A stretch of DNA of 64,000 nucleotides from Balneolales bacterium (GCA_040905705.1 JBBDQZ010000076.1:1403-65402); one strand, 5' to 3'; counted from the first letter of the stretch, positions 38,263 to 48,487 are shown. The notes: generated by a model not told the origin, from the sequence alone. Numbers and translations: made by a program.

Positions 38263-39591
38263 ATGCTATTCAACAGCATTTCGAACCGGATCAAGGGGAC
38301 TCTGGTTCTCCTGTTGATCTTAACTGCGATCAGTTCGTTTGTATACACCCAGTTTTTGATCGAAAAGATCCGTGAAAAAGAAAGATCCAGTGTCGAGTTG
38401 TGGGCACGGGCGATGGAGCACAACAGCAAGCCTCATTACCAGGAGACCAGAAATGAGCTTGAAGCGGTAATGATGGAGGTTATGGAGAATAATGCAATCG
38501 GAGAGGCGAACAAGATACGATGGGCGCGTACTCTTCAAAGAGCGAATTCCGATCTTGCCAATTCATCTCTGGAATTTGTTGCTTCGGAATTGATCATCAA
38601 GAACCGATTTGAAATACCATCGGTGGTGGTGAATGAGGACCGGGAAATTCTCCACTCCCGGAATACGGGAAACCGGCCACTTGATGATAACATCATTGCC
38701 GAGTACGCTTCATTAAACGATCCGATCCGGATCGAACTTGGCGCAGGTGACATGATTCAAAACCAATTTGTATATTATGGAGATAGCGGGATCATCCGGA
38801 CGCTTCAGTTTTTCCCCTATGTCCAGTTCGGTTTATTGGCCCTGTTTCTGGGAATGGGGTATGTGAGTCTCAGTAGCCTCAAAAGGATAGAACAGTCCAG
38901 TTTGTGGGTAGGTATGGCAAAAGAAGCAGCGCATCAACTTGGTACCCCTCTGTCGAGTTTGTATGGCTGGATCGCTCTTCTTAGAGATCAGGTCAATGAC
39001 CAGGAAGCCCTTGCTATCGTACACGAAATTTCCAGTGATCTTCAGCGTATGCAGACGGTAGCTGAACGCTTCAACAAGATCGGATCACAACCGGAGCTCA
39101 AACCGAAAAAACCGGTCCCGATTATTCGTCAGGTGATAAATTATCTTGAAAAGCGTATGCCACAGCTTGGAACACATGTTTCTTTAAAGCTTGATGCACG
39201 GTCGGATCAACGAATCGCTATCAGTCCGGAGCTTTTTGCCTGGGCTATTGAGAATTTATTGAAAAACGCTCTTGATGCAATTGATCCGGAAAGCAGGGAT
39301 CCCAGTGTTAATATTGTTACGTATGTTCAAAATAACCAATACGTGATAGACGTCACAGATACCGGAAAGGGGATAGAAAAAAAATACCTTGGTGAAGTAT
39401 TTACGCCAGGTTACAGCACCAAAAGGCGTGGCTGGGGGCTGGGGCTGAGTCTGACCCGCAGGATTGTGAATGATTACCATAAGGGAAAAATATTTGTATA
39501 TAAATCCACGCCTGGTCAGGGAACGACCTTCCGGTTGATGTTTCCGGTACCTGATGAAAAAAAAGCCACAGGTCAATTGCCCATATTTTGA
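38263..39591 (+). CDS. Orphan sensor histidine kinase (2 TM, periplasmic sensor, DHp+CA, no HAMP/PAS)
   Basis: H-box AAHQLGTPLSSL, N-box LLKNALDA, and G-boxes DTGKGI and GWGLGLS. TM helices lie at the N-terminus and just before the H-box. Confidence 0.85.
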   Translation: MLFNSISNRIKGTLVLLLILTAISSFVYTQFLIEKIREKERSSVELWARAMEHNSKPHYQETRNELEAVMMEVMENNAIGEANKIRWARTLQRANSDLANSSLEFVASELIIKNRFEIPSVVVNEDREILHSRNTGNRPLDDNIIAEYASLNDPIRIELGAGDMIQNQFVYYGDSGIIRTLQFFPYVQFGLLALFLGMGYVSLSSLKRIEQSSLWVGMAKEAAHQLGTPLSSLYGWIALLRDQVNDQEALAIVHEISSDLQRMQTVAERFNKIGSQPELKPKKPVPIIRQVINYLEKRMPQLGTHVSLKLDARSDQRIAISPELFAWAIENLLKNALDAIDPESRDPSVNIVTYVQNNQYVIDVTDTGKGIEKKYLGEVFTPGYSTKRRGWGLGLSLTRRIVNDYHKGKIFVYKSTPGQGTTFRLMFPVPDEKKATGQLPIF

Positions 39592-40820
39592 TGCACATTT
39601 GCAATAAACACGCTGGAGCCGGTGAAATCAAGTGCACGAAAAGCGGCACCCGAAAGCAATAAGCGGTTTTCCGTAGTTCGGTCGTTGATCAATACAAAAA
39701 CACCACGTCCATTTTCAGGATTTTCTACATAGATAACAGATCCAAGGGATAATGAAGGGTGTGCCGCTGTCATAGCGTTAGGGTTATAAAGTTCTCCGCT
39801 GGTTGTGGTGCTCCCCCGGGAATCATCGGAATACCTGGAAACACTGAGCTGCTCAGATCCCTGCTCGGAAATATGGGACCTGTAGGGATTTCTTTGCGCG
39901 GAAGTGGCCGGAAGTAAAAGGGTTACTTCATCTCCGGGACGTATATTCGAAACGGAAACCCCGGGATTTAAGGACCGAAACTCGGCAATATCCATCTTGT
40001 GATACTGAAGAATTTGCTGGATGGTGTCCTGTTCACTGATGACATATCTGACAAATTTACCTTGCGGACTGCTTTCCATGTCCCATTCCGCCGTGACAGA
40101 AGGTGGGGGCTGCGGGCTGCGGCGTACGCGAAGCTCCTGGCCAACAAGCAGCTGCATATCATCTATCCCATTTATTTCCTGTAGCTCTTCGACGCTCATA
40201 TTGAATTGCGAGGCAATCCGGTATAACGTATCTCCGGGCCGTACTTCATATAAAGCCGGACCTCCATCTGTTGTGAAAACGGAATCGTTTTCATCTGTAA
40301 CTGCGTTAGCCGGGGTTTCCCGATCCGGATCCGGTTGTTCGAGATCATCAGGATCAGCCTGGCCCTGTTCGCTCTGAACATATTCCATAGCCGGTATTCG
40401 TATCGTCAATTCCTGGCCAATGGAAATAGAATAGTTTTCAAGATCGTTCCAGGCTTGAATTTCTTCGACCGAAGCACCGTACATACGGGAAATTCGAAAA
40501 AGGGTCTGACCGGCTTCAACCGTATGGATGATGACATTAAATTCGGAATCACTATCAGGATCATTGATGGTTTCTGATGGAGTGCCACTTCCCACTACGA
40601 GTCGTTGACCTACATGTATGGTATTATCGTCCAGGTTATTCCATTCCCGGAGTTGTTGTACAGAGACATCATATTCCCGGGAGACGCTGAACAGGGTTTC
40701 ACCAGCCCGTACAGTATGCGTGGGGATCTGGGCGACAGCGATTGTCCCTACCAAAATAAAGCAGACGAATAGAACTATTTTATACATTAACAGATCCTGT
40801 TTATATAATTTACTCCTCAT
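39573..40820 (-). CDS. Peptidoglycan-binding protein with four LysM repeats and a C-terminal RlpA-like double-psi beta-barrel
   Basis: Four LysM units (HTVRAGETLFSVS..., HTVEAGQTLFRIS..., YEVRPGDTLYRIA..., RYVISEQDTIQQI...). The C-terminus TSGELYNPNAMTAAHPSLSLGSVIYVEN..NGRGVFVLINDR resembles the RlpA DPBB. Confidence 0.8.
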   Translation of the reverse strand: MRSKLYKQDLLMYKIVLFVCFILVGTIAVAQIPTHTVRAGETLFSVSREYDVSVQQLREWNNLDDNTIHVGQRLVVGSGTPSETINDPDSDSEFNVIIHTVEAGQTLFRISRMYGASVEEIQAWNDLENYSISIGQELTIRIPAMEYVQSEQGQADPDDLEQPDPDRETPANAVTDENDSVFTTDGGPALYEVRPGDTLYRIASQFNMSVEELQEINGIDDMQLLVGQELRVRRSPQPPPSVTAEWDMESSPQGKFVRYVISEQDTIQQILQYHKMDIAEFRSLNPGVSVSNIRPGDEVTLLLPATSAQRNPYRSHISEQGSEQLSVSRYSDDSRGSTTTSGELYNPNAMTAAHPSLSLGSVIYVENPENGRGVFVLINDRTTENRLLLSGAAFRALDFTGSSVFIANVHQNMGN

Positions 40821-41130
40821 TCAAATCCTTTAGTGCCTGTTCCAGCTCCGAGGCAGCGTGTAAGTCATTCTCATTCTGTGCAACAGAAATTCCAGCAATA
40901 AACGTAGTGGATGCTTTTTTATGTTCACCCGATTGCTGGTATAGCTTTCCGAGGTGATAGTAAACGCCTACATACCCCGGATGATGATCACGTATATACT
41001 CAAAATGCGATCGAGCTGTATTGACATCATCCAATTTCAGGTGCTCCAGTGCAAGCGCGAAACGGGAGAAGCTGTCGTTGGAATCCTCGTTAAGAAATTC
41101 CTGTAGTTTAGCGATTCGTTGCTGACTCAT
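40810..41130 (-). CDS. Small tetratricopeptide-repeat protein
   Basis: 106 aa with TPR-like helices (ALALEHLKLDD...A..HFEYI...P.YVGVYYHLGKLY). It overlaps the LysM gene start by 11 nt. Confidence 0.65.
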   Translation of the reverse strand: MSQQRIAKLQEFLNEDSNDSFSRFALALEHLKLDDVNTARSHFEYIRDHHPGYVGVYYHLGKLYQQSGEHKKASTTFIAGISVAQNENDLHAASELEQALKDLNEE

Positions 41131-41228
41131 CTCTTATCGGTTTTTATAACGTCGAACACGGCAATTTGAGGATCACATGAAAAGGAGTTTTCAACCAACA
41201 AGAAGTTATTTATTATAACGAAATACGA

Positions 41229-42407
41229 TTATGATACGTATCGTTCCAAAATTTCTTCCATGGAATCACCGCCGAACTTTTCGAGGAAAGCGTTTGCGAG
41301 AACAGGAGCTATGACATTTTCCACAACCACCAGTGCACGTGGTAAAGCGCAGACGTCGGAGCGTTCATAACGGGTATCTTGATTTTTTTTTGTGACAATG
41401 TCCACTGTTCCAAGGGGTTTCAACATGGTAGGTATCGGTTTCATCACACCACGGATGATCAACGGCATTCCAGTGGTGACGCCTCCTTCCATACCACCGG
41501 CCCGGTTGGTTTTCCGGCCATAATGTTCGTTTTCCCAGGTAATTTCGTCGTGGACTTGATGACCGTGACGTTTTCCCGCTTCAAAACCGATTCCGATCTC
41601 AACGCCTTTCATCGCCTGTGTACTCATAACCGCCTGGCACAATAGTCCTTCCAGTTTACGGTCCCAGTGAACATATGAACCAAGTCCGGCCGGAAGCCCG
41701 GTCACAATAATTTCGTAAATACCCCCAAGCGAGCTGCCTGCTTTTCTTCGTACTTTGATTTCCTCAATCATCTTTTTCGAGAGGGATTTATCAAGGCAAC
41801 GTACTTCTGAGGTATCTGCTATTTCCGACAAATTTTCGCCGTTATTATCTTTAACCAGAGGGTCGGCACATGCTCGTACTTCTTCCCATGAAGTGTATCC
41901 GCTTTCCCCTATTTGGATTACATGCCCTCCAATCCGGATACCGAATGAGCGGAGAAGCTCTCTTGCCGTTGCGCAACAGGCGACCCTCATAGCCGTTTCT
42001 CTGGCGCTTGAACGTTCTATAACAGGCCGAATGTCATCAAATCGATATTTCTGGATTCCGACAAGATCCGCATGACCGGGCCTGGGAACGGTGATTTTTT
42101 CGATAGTTTCCGATAAGGGAACGGGCGACATTACTTTTGGCCAGTCTGCCGCATCTTTTTTATATGCTTTGTTCACCATTTTCAGGGCGACAGGGTGGCC
42201 CATGGTCTTACCGAATCGCACCCCGGAAATAATCTCGGCAGCATCCTCTTCAAAAACCATGCGTCCTCCCCGGCCGTAGCCTTGCTGACGGCGGGCGAGT
42301 TGTTTGGCAATTACTTCCTTTGAAAGGGGTAGCCCGGCCGGTAGTCCCTCTATAATGCCGATAAGTTCAGGTCCGTGTGATTCACCGGCTGTTAAATAAC
42401 GAATCAT
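41229..42407 (-). CDS. aroC: Chorismate synthase
   Basis: TAGESHG, RPGHAD, SARETA and GGISNG-like (GGMEGGVTTG) motifs across the full 392 aa. Confidence 0.95.
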   Translation of the reverse strand: MIRYLTAGESHGPELIGIIEGLPAGLPLSKEVIAKQLARRQQGYGRGGRMVFEEDAAEIISGVRFGKTMGHPVALKMVNKAYKKDAADWPKVMSPVPLSETIEKITVPRPGHADLVGIQKYRFDDIRPVIERSSARETAMRVACCATARELLRSFGIRIGGHVIQIGESGYTSWEEVRACADPLVKDNNGENLSEIADTSEVRCLDKSLSKKMIEEIKVRRKAGSSLGGIYEIIVTGLPAGLGSYVHWDRKLEGLLCQAVMSTQAMKGVEIGIGFEAGKRHGHQVHDEITWENEHYGRKTNRAGGMEGGVTTGMPLIIRGVMKPIPTMLKPLGTVDIVTKKNQDTRYERSDVCALPRALVVVENVIAPVLANAFLEKFGGDSMEEILERYVS

Positions 42408-42618
42408 CAGAAATAAATTAATGGATGCAGATTGGTGTTATCAGAAAGGAAATATAGGAAATTCCGGCCAGAAGTATGTGCTCGCCGGATCATGGAAATG
42501 GATTAACACGAATAAAAATCGAAGAAAATCCATGTCATTATAGCGAAAAAGAGCAATAATGGCGATGGATCCCAGTTGAATGTGAAGATTAACGGGTAGT
42601 CACAGATGCCCGCAGACA

Positions 42619-43620
42619 TCAGAAATAGGTACTCATATTCAGCTGCATCAGCCCTCCGGTCTCGCTATAGGAAGTGCGGCTGAAATCAATTCGAATTTCA
42701 CGAATTACAAAACCGATCCCGAAACTGATTCCGGAGAAATCGATTCGACGATCGGTTTTTAGCTCCTCGTTCATGAGCCGGTCATAACCCAGCCGCAGGG
42801 TTACATTTTCAGAAAGCAGAATTTCTCCCCCCAGCCGCAGATGCCGAAAAAAATTTTTGGTAAAACCCGGAGCTTCTTCATCGTCAAAGACGGGTATTTC
42901 CCAACGATTCAGGGAATGCATGGCGAGATTAAAGCGTAATGGAAGATGTTGTAGTTGATGAGTTATTCCGACGGTGATGTTAAAAGGCACAGCTTCCGAA
43001 GATTCATCAAACTTCGTCAGCTGAATACCAAGATTCCTGAAGGAAGCTCCGGCACGGGTAAAGTCATTATTGAAGCTGTAGTAAAAGCCTCCGAATATAG
43101 CTGCAGCTGAAGATCGGTATGTGTCATAACGGCTTATAATAATTTGTGTGCCGATTCCTGCCTGGAGTCCGTTTAAAAGAGGGCGGGAGATGGCCGTTCC
43201 CCAGGAAAAATCGTATGCACTAAAGGAGCCTTGCTCATTGCCGTCACTGTTCAATCGTGTGAATTCCCCATAATTGACAAAACGAATGCCTGTTGCAAAC
43301 GTACCTATTCCATTCATATCATAAGAAAAAGCGGCTATACCGAGATAAATATCCGAGAGATGATTAAGGTAGGATACAGAAAACTGTTTATGAGTTGATT
43401 TGTTTAGATATGCCGGATTGGTAGTAAATAACGAGACACCCCCTTCATCCAGTGAAACATGATTGCCCCCGAGTGCGGCAGTACGGGCAGATTCCGTAAC
43501 ATTCAAAAAGCCGAAAACGGTTTCGCTTCCGATTTGTGCTATTGAAACATTGACGAATGAGAATACCAGAAAAACAGGAATAGAAATCTTTTTCACACAA
43601 CGATATAAAATTTTATTCAT
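42619..43620 (-). CDS. porQ: Outer-membrane beta-barrel protein of the PorQ/PorV (T9SS) family
   Basis: Signal peptide followed by FGFLNVTESARTAALGG....L......NPA.L, the signature I associate with PorV/PorQ. At about 333 aa the size fits PorQ better than PorV. It ends in an aromatic residue (F). Confidence 0.5.
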   Translation of the reverse strand: MNKILYRCVKKISIPVFLVFSFVNVSIAQIGSETVFGFLNVTESARTAALGGNHVSLDEGGVSLFTTNPAYLNKSTHKQFSVSYLNHLSDIYLGIAAFSYDMNGIGTFATGIRFVNYGEFTRLNSDGNEQGSFSAYDFSWGTAISRPLLNGLQAGIGTQIIISRYDTYRSSAAAIFGGFYYSFNNDFTRAGASFRNLGIQLTKFDESSEAVPFNITVGITHQLQHLPLRFNLAMHSLNRWEIPVFDDEEAPGFTKNFFRHLRLGGEILLSENVTLRLGYDRLMNEELKTDRRIDFSGISFGIGFVIREIRIDFSRTSYSETGGLMQLNMSTYF

Positions 43621-43735
43621 TAACTTGAACCTGCAAGACAAGAGGATGTAAACAGAATTAGTTTTTGAAAAAGTTTATTGCCAGTGCGATATTCGATCGT
43701 ACACGGTCTCCAAATAAAAGGTAAAACGGCATTTT

Positions 43736-44473
43736 ATGCAATTATTTGTCGATGTTGGACGCTATTGCAGGCTAATATACGAAGCAATACGCTCTTCCAC
43801 CGAATTTGATATGTATCGCAAGAATTTGGTTATGGAGATGGTAAAGACCGGCTACGATTCCCTTCCTATTATTATTCTTGCCGGATTTTTTACTGGTGGT
43901 GTGATGACTATTCAGACCTCCTATCAGCTGGTATCCGGATTTATCCCTCCGGAAACCATCGGGTCCATTGTTTCACAATCCCTGCTGATCGAGTTGGGGG
44001 CTGTAATCAGTGCACTGGTTTTGGCCGGACGGGTGGGAGCACGTATCGCTACCGAGCTGGGAACGATGTCTGTTAGTGAACAGATTGATGCTCTTGAATC
44101 CATGGGCTTTAATTCTGTTACATTTCTGGTGATGCCGCGTGTATTGGCAGGTATATTCATGTTCCCGGTAATCTATATCGCCGCTGTTTTTTCCGGAATT
44201 ATCGGTGGGTTAGTCGCCGGAATATTGACCGGGTCGGTGCCGGTTGCCGATTTTATGTCAGGATCACGACAGGTATTTACCCCTGCAGATGTCAGTTTCG
44301 GGATCATAAAATCTTTCGTATTCGGTTATATCATTACCTCTATTTCATGCTTTAAAGGCTATTTTGCAGCCGGAGGAGCCGAAGGGGTGGGACAGGCCAC
44401 GACCCAGGCCACTGTTTTGAGTTGTATTTATATTCTGCTGGCAGATTTTATTCTCGCTTTTGTCCTTTTGTAA
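43736..44473 (+). CDS. mlaE: MlaE-family ABC transporter permease
   Basis: YrbE/MlaE pattern (GAVISALVLAGRVGA.IA.ELG.M.V.EQIDALE.MG). It is the first gene of a permease-ATPase-MCE triad. Confidence 0.85.
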   Translation: MQLFVDVGRYCRLIYEAIRSSTEFDMYRKNLVMEMVKTGYDSLPIIILAGFFTGGVMTIQTSYQLVSGFIPPETIGSIVSQSLLIELGAVISALVLAGRVGARIATELGTMSVSEQIDALESMGFNSVTFLVMPRVLAGIFMFPVIYIAAVFSGIIGGLVAGILTGSVPVADFMSGSRQVFTPADVSFGIIKSFVFGYIITSISCFKGYFAAGGAEGVGQATTQATVLSCIYILLADFILAFVLL

Positions 44474-44487
44474 CAGCTTGATCAATT

Positions 44488-45222
44488 ATGATTGAAATTA
44501 AAAATCTGACAAAAAGCTTCGGTGATACCCTGGTTTGGCGAAATATCAACCTTGCCATAGATGAGGGAGAAACCCTGGCTGTAATTGGTAAATCGGGTTC
44601 GGGAAAATCGGTGCTGTTGAAGCATTTTAACGTATTGCTATATCCGGATGAAGGCCATGTCTATATTGACGGTATCGATGTTTTTGATATGCGATATGCC
44701 GCCTTGAGAAAACTTCGACAAAGGTTTGGCGTATTATTTCAGGGCGCTGCACTGTTTGACTCTATTACCGCATTCGAAAATGTCGCATTCCCGCTCCGTT
44801 TTTTTTCCAATATGAAGGAAGAGGAAATCACCGACCGGGTTATGGAATCTCTGGAATTGGTTAATCTGCAAAATATCGGTGTGAAAACACCTGCGGAACT
44901 TTCAGGAGGCATGAGAAAGAGAATCGGGTTGGCACGGGCAATTGTTCTCAAACCCGATTATCTTCTTTATGATGAACCTACATCCGGGCTGGATCCCCAA
45001 ACATCGGATGAAATCAATGATCTGATTATCTCTATGGCTGAAACGCTTGACATAACTTCGGTGGTTGTTACCCACGATATGCATAGTGTGCTTCGTGTTG
45101 CTGATAAAGTGGCATTTCTGAATGAACAGGAACTTAGCTGGTATGGTACGATCAAAGATCTAAAAAAGTGTGAAAACGAAGAACTGAATGCCTTTATCAA
45201 GGCCAGCATTTTTTCTATATGA
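44488..45222 (+). CDS. mlaF: MlaF-family ABC transporter ATP-binding protein
   Basis: Walker A GKSGSGKS, signature LSGGMRKR and Walker B LLYDEPTSGLD. Confidence 0.9.
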   Translation: MIEIKNLTKSFGDTLVWRNINLAIDEGETLAVIGKSGSGKSVLLKHFNVLLYPDEGHVYIDGIDVFDMRYAALRKLRQRFGVLFQGAALFDSITAFENVAFPLRFFSNMKEEEITDRVMESLELVNLQNIGVKTPAELSGGMRKRIGLARAIVLKPDYLLYDEPTSGLDPQTSDEINDLIISMAETLDITSVVVTHDMHSVLRVADKVAFLNEQELSWYGTIKDLKKCENEELNAFIKASIFSI

Positions 45223-45243
45223 ATATTAAAGCGGAGACCGGTT

Positions 45244-46176
45244 TTGAAAAAAAAGCAAAATGAATTAAAAATTGGCCTTACAGTAGTTATTGCAATGCTG
45301 GTTGCTATTATTGGTTTTCGGTTGATGCAGGATGTACCCCTATTTCGTCCCGGTTTTCAGCTGTATTCGGTATTTGAACAGGCAGATGGCATAAATATCG
45401 GTTCCTCCGTCTATATGTCGGGTGTCAAAATCGGTTCTGTCAATCAGGTCGACCTTGAAGGTCCGGACAGTGTAGTGGTCGGTTTGAATATTACTCACAT
45501 ATACGGAATTCCAGTTGGATCCCAGGCACGTATTGAACCTTCAGATTTAATTGGTGGAAAAAGAGTTTCGATTATTCACTCCGGAAAGGATGAGATGATT
45601 CCGAATGAAGGATATATTGAAGGTCATTTCGACCAGGGGATGTTTGCAGAATTGGGTGAGTTTACTGATGACTTAAAGCCGGAAATCACTCGATCGACCC
45701 ATAGCCTGGCAGAAGTGCTGGAACAAATCGACTTCGTTCTTAAAGAGGGAGGAAGAGAGGATATTCTTCAAACCCTGAACGCATTAAACCGTTCGGCCCG
45801 GGACGTGAATCTCCTGCTGGACAGACGAAGTTCCGATCTTGAGCAATCGATAATCAGTTTACAGAATATTATGGCCAATCTGGATACACTCAGCTCGGGT
45901 CGCGATACACAGCTTGACAGTCTTCTGTACAACCTTGAAGTTACCACGAGAGAGCTGAGTGTGGTATCCGATGAACTGGGAGGGGTGAGTTCCGAATTAC
46001 ACTTGATGATGAGAACGATCAATTCCGGGGAAGGCACACTCGGAAAGTTAATCCAGGACCCCTCACTGTATAATAATCTGGACAGTCTGGCTGTAAACCT
46101 GAAGAATGTCTCCCGCATAATGCAAGATGATCCCGGTTACTTTCTGAAATACATGCGTCTGGTTGATTTCTTTTAA
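45244..46176 (+). CDS. mlaD: MlaD/MCE-domain protein
   Basis: N-terminal TM anchor, an MCE fold segment (V..SGVKIG.V..V.L) and a helical C-terminal region. TTG start. Confidence 0.8.
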   Translation: MKKKQNELKIGLTVVIAMLVAIIGFRLMQDVPLFRPGFQLYSVFEQADGINIGSSVYMSGVKIGSVNQVDLEGPDSVVVGLNITHIYGIPVGSQARIEPSDLIGGKRVSIIHSGKDEMIPNEGYIEGHFDQGMFAELGEFTDDLKPEITRSTHSLAEVLEQIDFVLKEGGREDILQTLNALNRSARDVNLLLDRRSSDLEQSIISLQNIMANLDTLSSGRDTQLDSLLYNLEVTTRELSVVSDELGGVSSELHLMMRTINSGEGTLGKLIQDPSLYNNLDSLAVNLKNVSRIMQDDPGYFLKYMRLVDFF

Positions 46177-46390
46177 GAGGGGTTCTGTTCTCTGCCAGGT
46201 TCAATGGTAACATGGGATCTTTCCCAAAACAGGAGGTGGTGGATGCCGGGCGGTTCCTGCATTTACACGAAACCTTTTTTTCCGGCGTTATGGCTATTAG
46301 CTTTGTATTTCACAGCGGTTCCCGTATCTTCCAAAGCTATTATTTCGAGTAATCAATTACTTTACATTTAGACGTTTCAGAGGTTTTCCT

Positions 46391-48487
46391 ATGGGTTTAA
46401 TGCAAAAACTGAGAGCCAGTACGAAATACATAATCTGGCTATTGATTTTGTCATTTGGTCTGCTTTGGGTACTGGCGGACACCCAGGTTTTTGATGCTAT
46501 GGTATCCGGGCCTCAAAATATGGGGGAAGTGAATCGCGATCCTGTTTCATATGCAGAATTTAACCAGCGGATGAATTTGTATATCGAGCAACATCGCGAA
46601 CAGACCGGTGCTTCCCCGGATATGGAATTACGTGCCCAATATGAAGATATGGCCTGGGATCAGTTGGTCATTGATAAAATCCTGAAACAGAAAATGCATG
46701 ATATGGGCATAACGGTTACTGATTCAGAGTTAATAGAGATGGTGACGGGTGAGAATCCTGATCCTTATATCCGCCAACAGTTTATGCGTGAAGATGGGAC
46801 GATCGACCGAGTGGCTCTGCAAAATGCAATTGAGGCTCCGGAGAATCGTGAAATCTGGATTATGATAGAACGTCAGTTGCGTGAACAACGGCGCCAGCAA
46901 AAGCTCAGCCAATATTTGCAAGCATCCCTTCGAGTCAGTGAATTTGAAGTTTTGCAGTATTACAAAAAGCAAAACAGCCGGGTAGATTTTCGTTATGTAC
47001 GCTTTCCCTATGCGGATGTTCCCGGTGACGAAATTGAAGTTTCCGACGCGGAAATTCGCACCTATTACCAAAATAACAAAAGTCGGTTTCATCGAAATAA
47101 GTCCTGGCGGTTTTCTTATGTAACGTTTCCGATCCAACCGACTGAAGAAGATACATTGCGAACCCTCAACCGGCTTTCCGAGCTTCGTGACGAATTTCGC
47201 CAGGCGGATGATGTTGAGCAATTTCTTTCCGATCACTATTCGGAAACCAGCTATTTCGAGAACTACCTGAAAGCTTCCGAAATCCGGCGAGAGCATCTTA
47301 ATGTATTTGAGCTGGATGTCAATGAGGTCAGTGAGCCTTATTTATATCAAAACTGGGTACATATGATCCGGTTACTCGAAGATCGGCCGGCTGAGCAAAC
47401 CTATGTGCGTATTCGTCAGATCCGGTTGAATGCCGATGAAACCGGACAGGAACTTGCTGAGGAGTTGGTACAGCGTATTGAGGAAGGAGAATCGTTTGAA
47501 CAACTGGCCGCCGCTTATTCACAGCATAGTGAATCTGTAAATCGTGGCGGTGAATTGGGATACATCGAGCGAAATGACAAGCCGGCGCCAATATCGGATG
47601 CCATATTCAGTGCATCCGCCGGCTCCATCATTGGCCCGCTTGCTGGAAATGACGGTATTTATATATTTCAGATTGTAGACCGAACAAACAGGGATGTACG
47701 TTTTGCCGATCTGAGCCGGAATATCGAAGCAGATCCTTTTGAGACTGTTCAGCGACTGTCCAATGATGCAGATGATTTTCAATATTTTGCGGCATCGGAC
47801 GGTTTTCGTGAAGAGGCTGAGCGTAATGGATATACCATTCAGGAAGGATTTGTGTCAGAAGGAAATCCCATTATCCCGGGACTTGGACAAAGCCGGGTGA
47901 TTTTGAATGCGTTGTCCATAATGCGCAGAGGCAGAGTATCGGATGTGATTGAAACCGAAGATATGTTTATTGTTATCAGGCTGGACGAGGTGATTCCGGA
48001 AGGCCCACGTCCACTGGAGGAAGTTCGGTCACAAATTGAATCGCTCGTACGAGATCAGAAACGGCGTGAGGTTGTACTCCGCCAGGTCAGTGATATGCTG
48101 GACAGTGTTGCGTCACTGGATGAACTTGCTGAATCGAGTGGAAAAACCGTAGAAATTGCAGAAAGGGTGCGTTTAAATGCTTTCGTTGTACCTGGCGCAG
48201 GTCGTGAACCCAAAATCATAGGATCTGCATTCTTCCTTCCCCCGGGAGAATATTCTCCCCCCATTGCCGGGAATAACGCTGTATTTGTAATGGTTGTAGA
48301 TGAACGCAGTGAAGCCGACCCGTCTCTTATAACCTCCGATGAACGCAGACAGATTAGGGAGGAACTACAACAACAACAAAATAACAGATACGGCCTTGTC
48401 TGGATGGACCGCCTGAAATCGGAAGCGGACATTCGTGATTTCCGTACGCAACAGCGCCTGGCAGCGTCTCAGCAATCAGCTATGTAA
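46391..48487 (+). CDS. ppiD: PpiD/SurA-like periplasmic chaperone with parvulin PPIase domain
   Basis: N-terminal TM anchor, a SurA_N-like region and a parvulin segment (S....GGELGY......P..DA.F....G.I.GP). Confidence 0.75.
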   Translation: MGLMQKLRASTKYIIWLLILSFGLLWVLADTQVFDAMVSGPQNMGEVNRDPVSYAEFNQRMNLYIEQHREQTGASPDMELRAQYEDMAWDQLVIDKILKQKMHDMGITVTDSELIEMVTGENPDPYIRQQFMREDGTIDRVALQNAIEAPENREIWIMIERQLREQRRQQKLSQYLQASLRVSEFEVLQYYKKQNSRVDFRYVRFPYADVPGDEIEVSDAEIRTYYQNNKSRFHRNKSWRFSYVTFPIQPTEEDTLRTLNRLSELRDEFRQADDVEQFLSDHYSETSYFENYLKASEIRREHLNVFELDVNEVSEPYLYQNWVHMIRLLEDRPAEQTYVRIRQIRLNADETGQELAEELVQRIEEGESFEQLAAAYSQHSESVNRGGELGYIERNDKPAPISDAIFSASAGSIIGPLAGNDGIYIFQIVDRTNRDVRFADLSRNIEADPFETVQRLSNDADDFQYFAASDGFREEAERNGYTIQEGFVSEGNPIIPGLGQSRVILNALSIMRRGRVSDVIETEDMFIVIRLDEVIPEGPRPLEEVRSQIESLVRDQKRREVVLRQVSDMLDSVASLDELAESSGKTVEIAERVRLNAFVVPGAGREPKIIGSAFFLPPGEYSPPIAGNNAVFVMVVDERSEADPSLITSDERRQIREELQQQQNNRYGLVWMDRLKSEADIRDFRTQQRLAASQQSAM

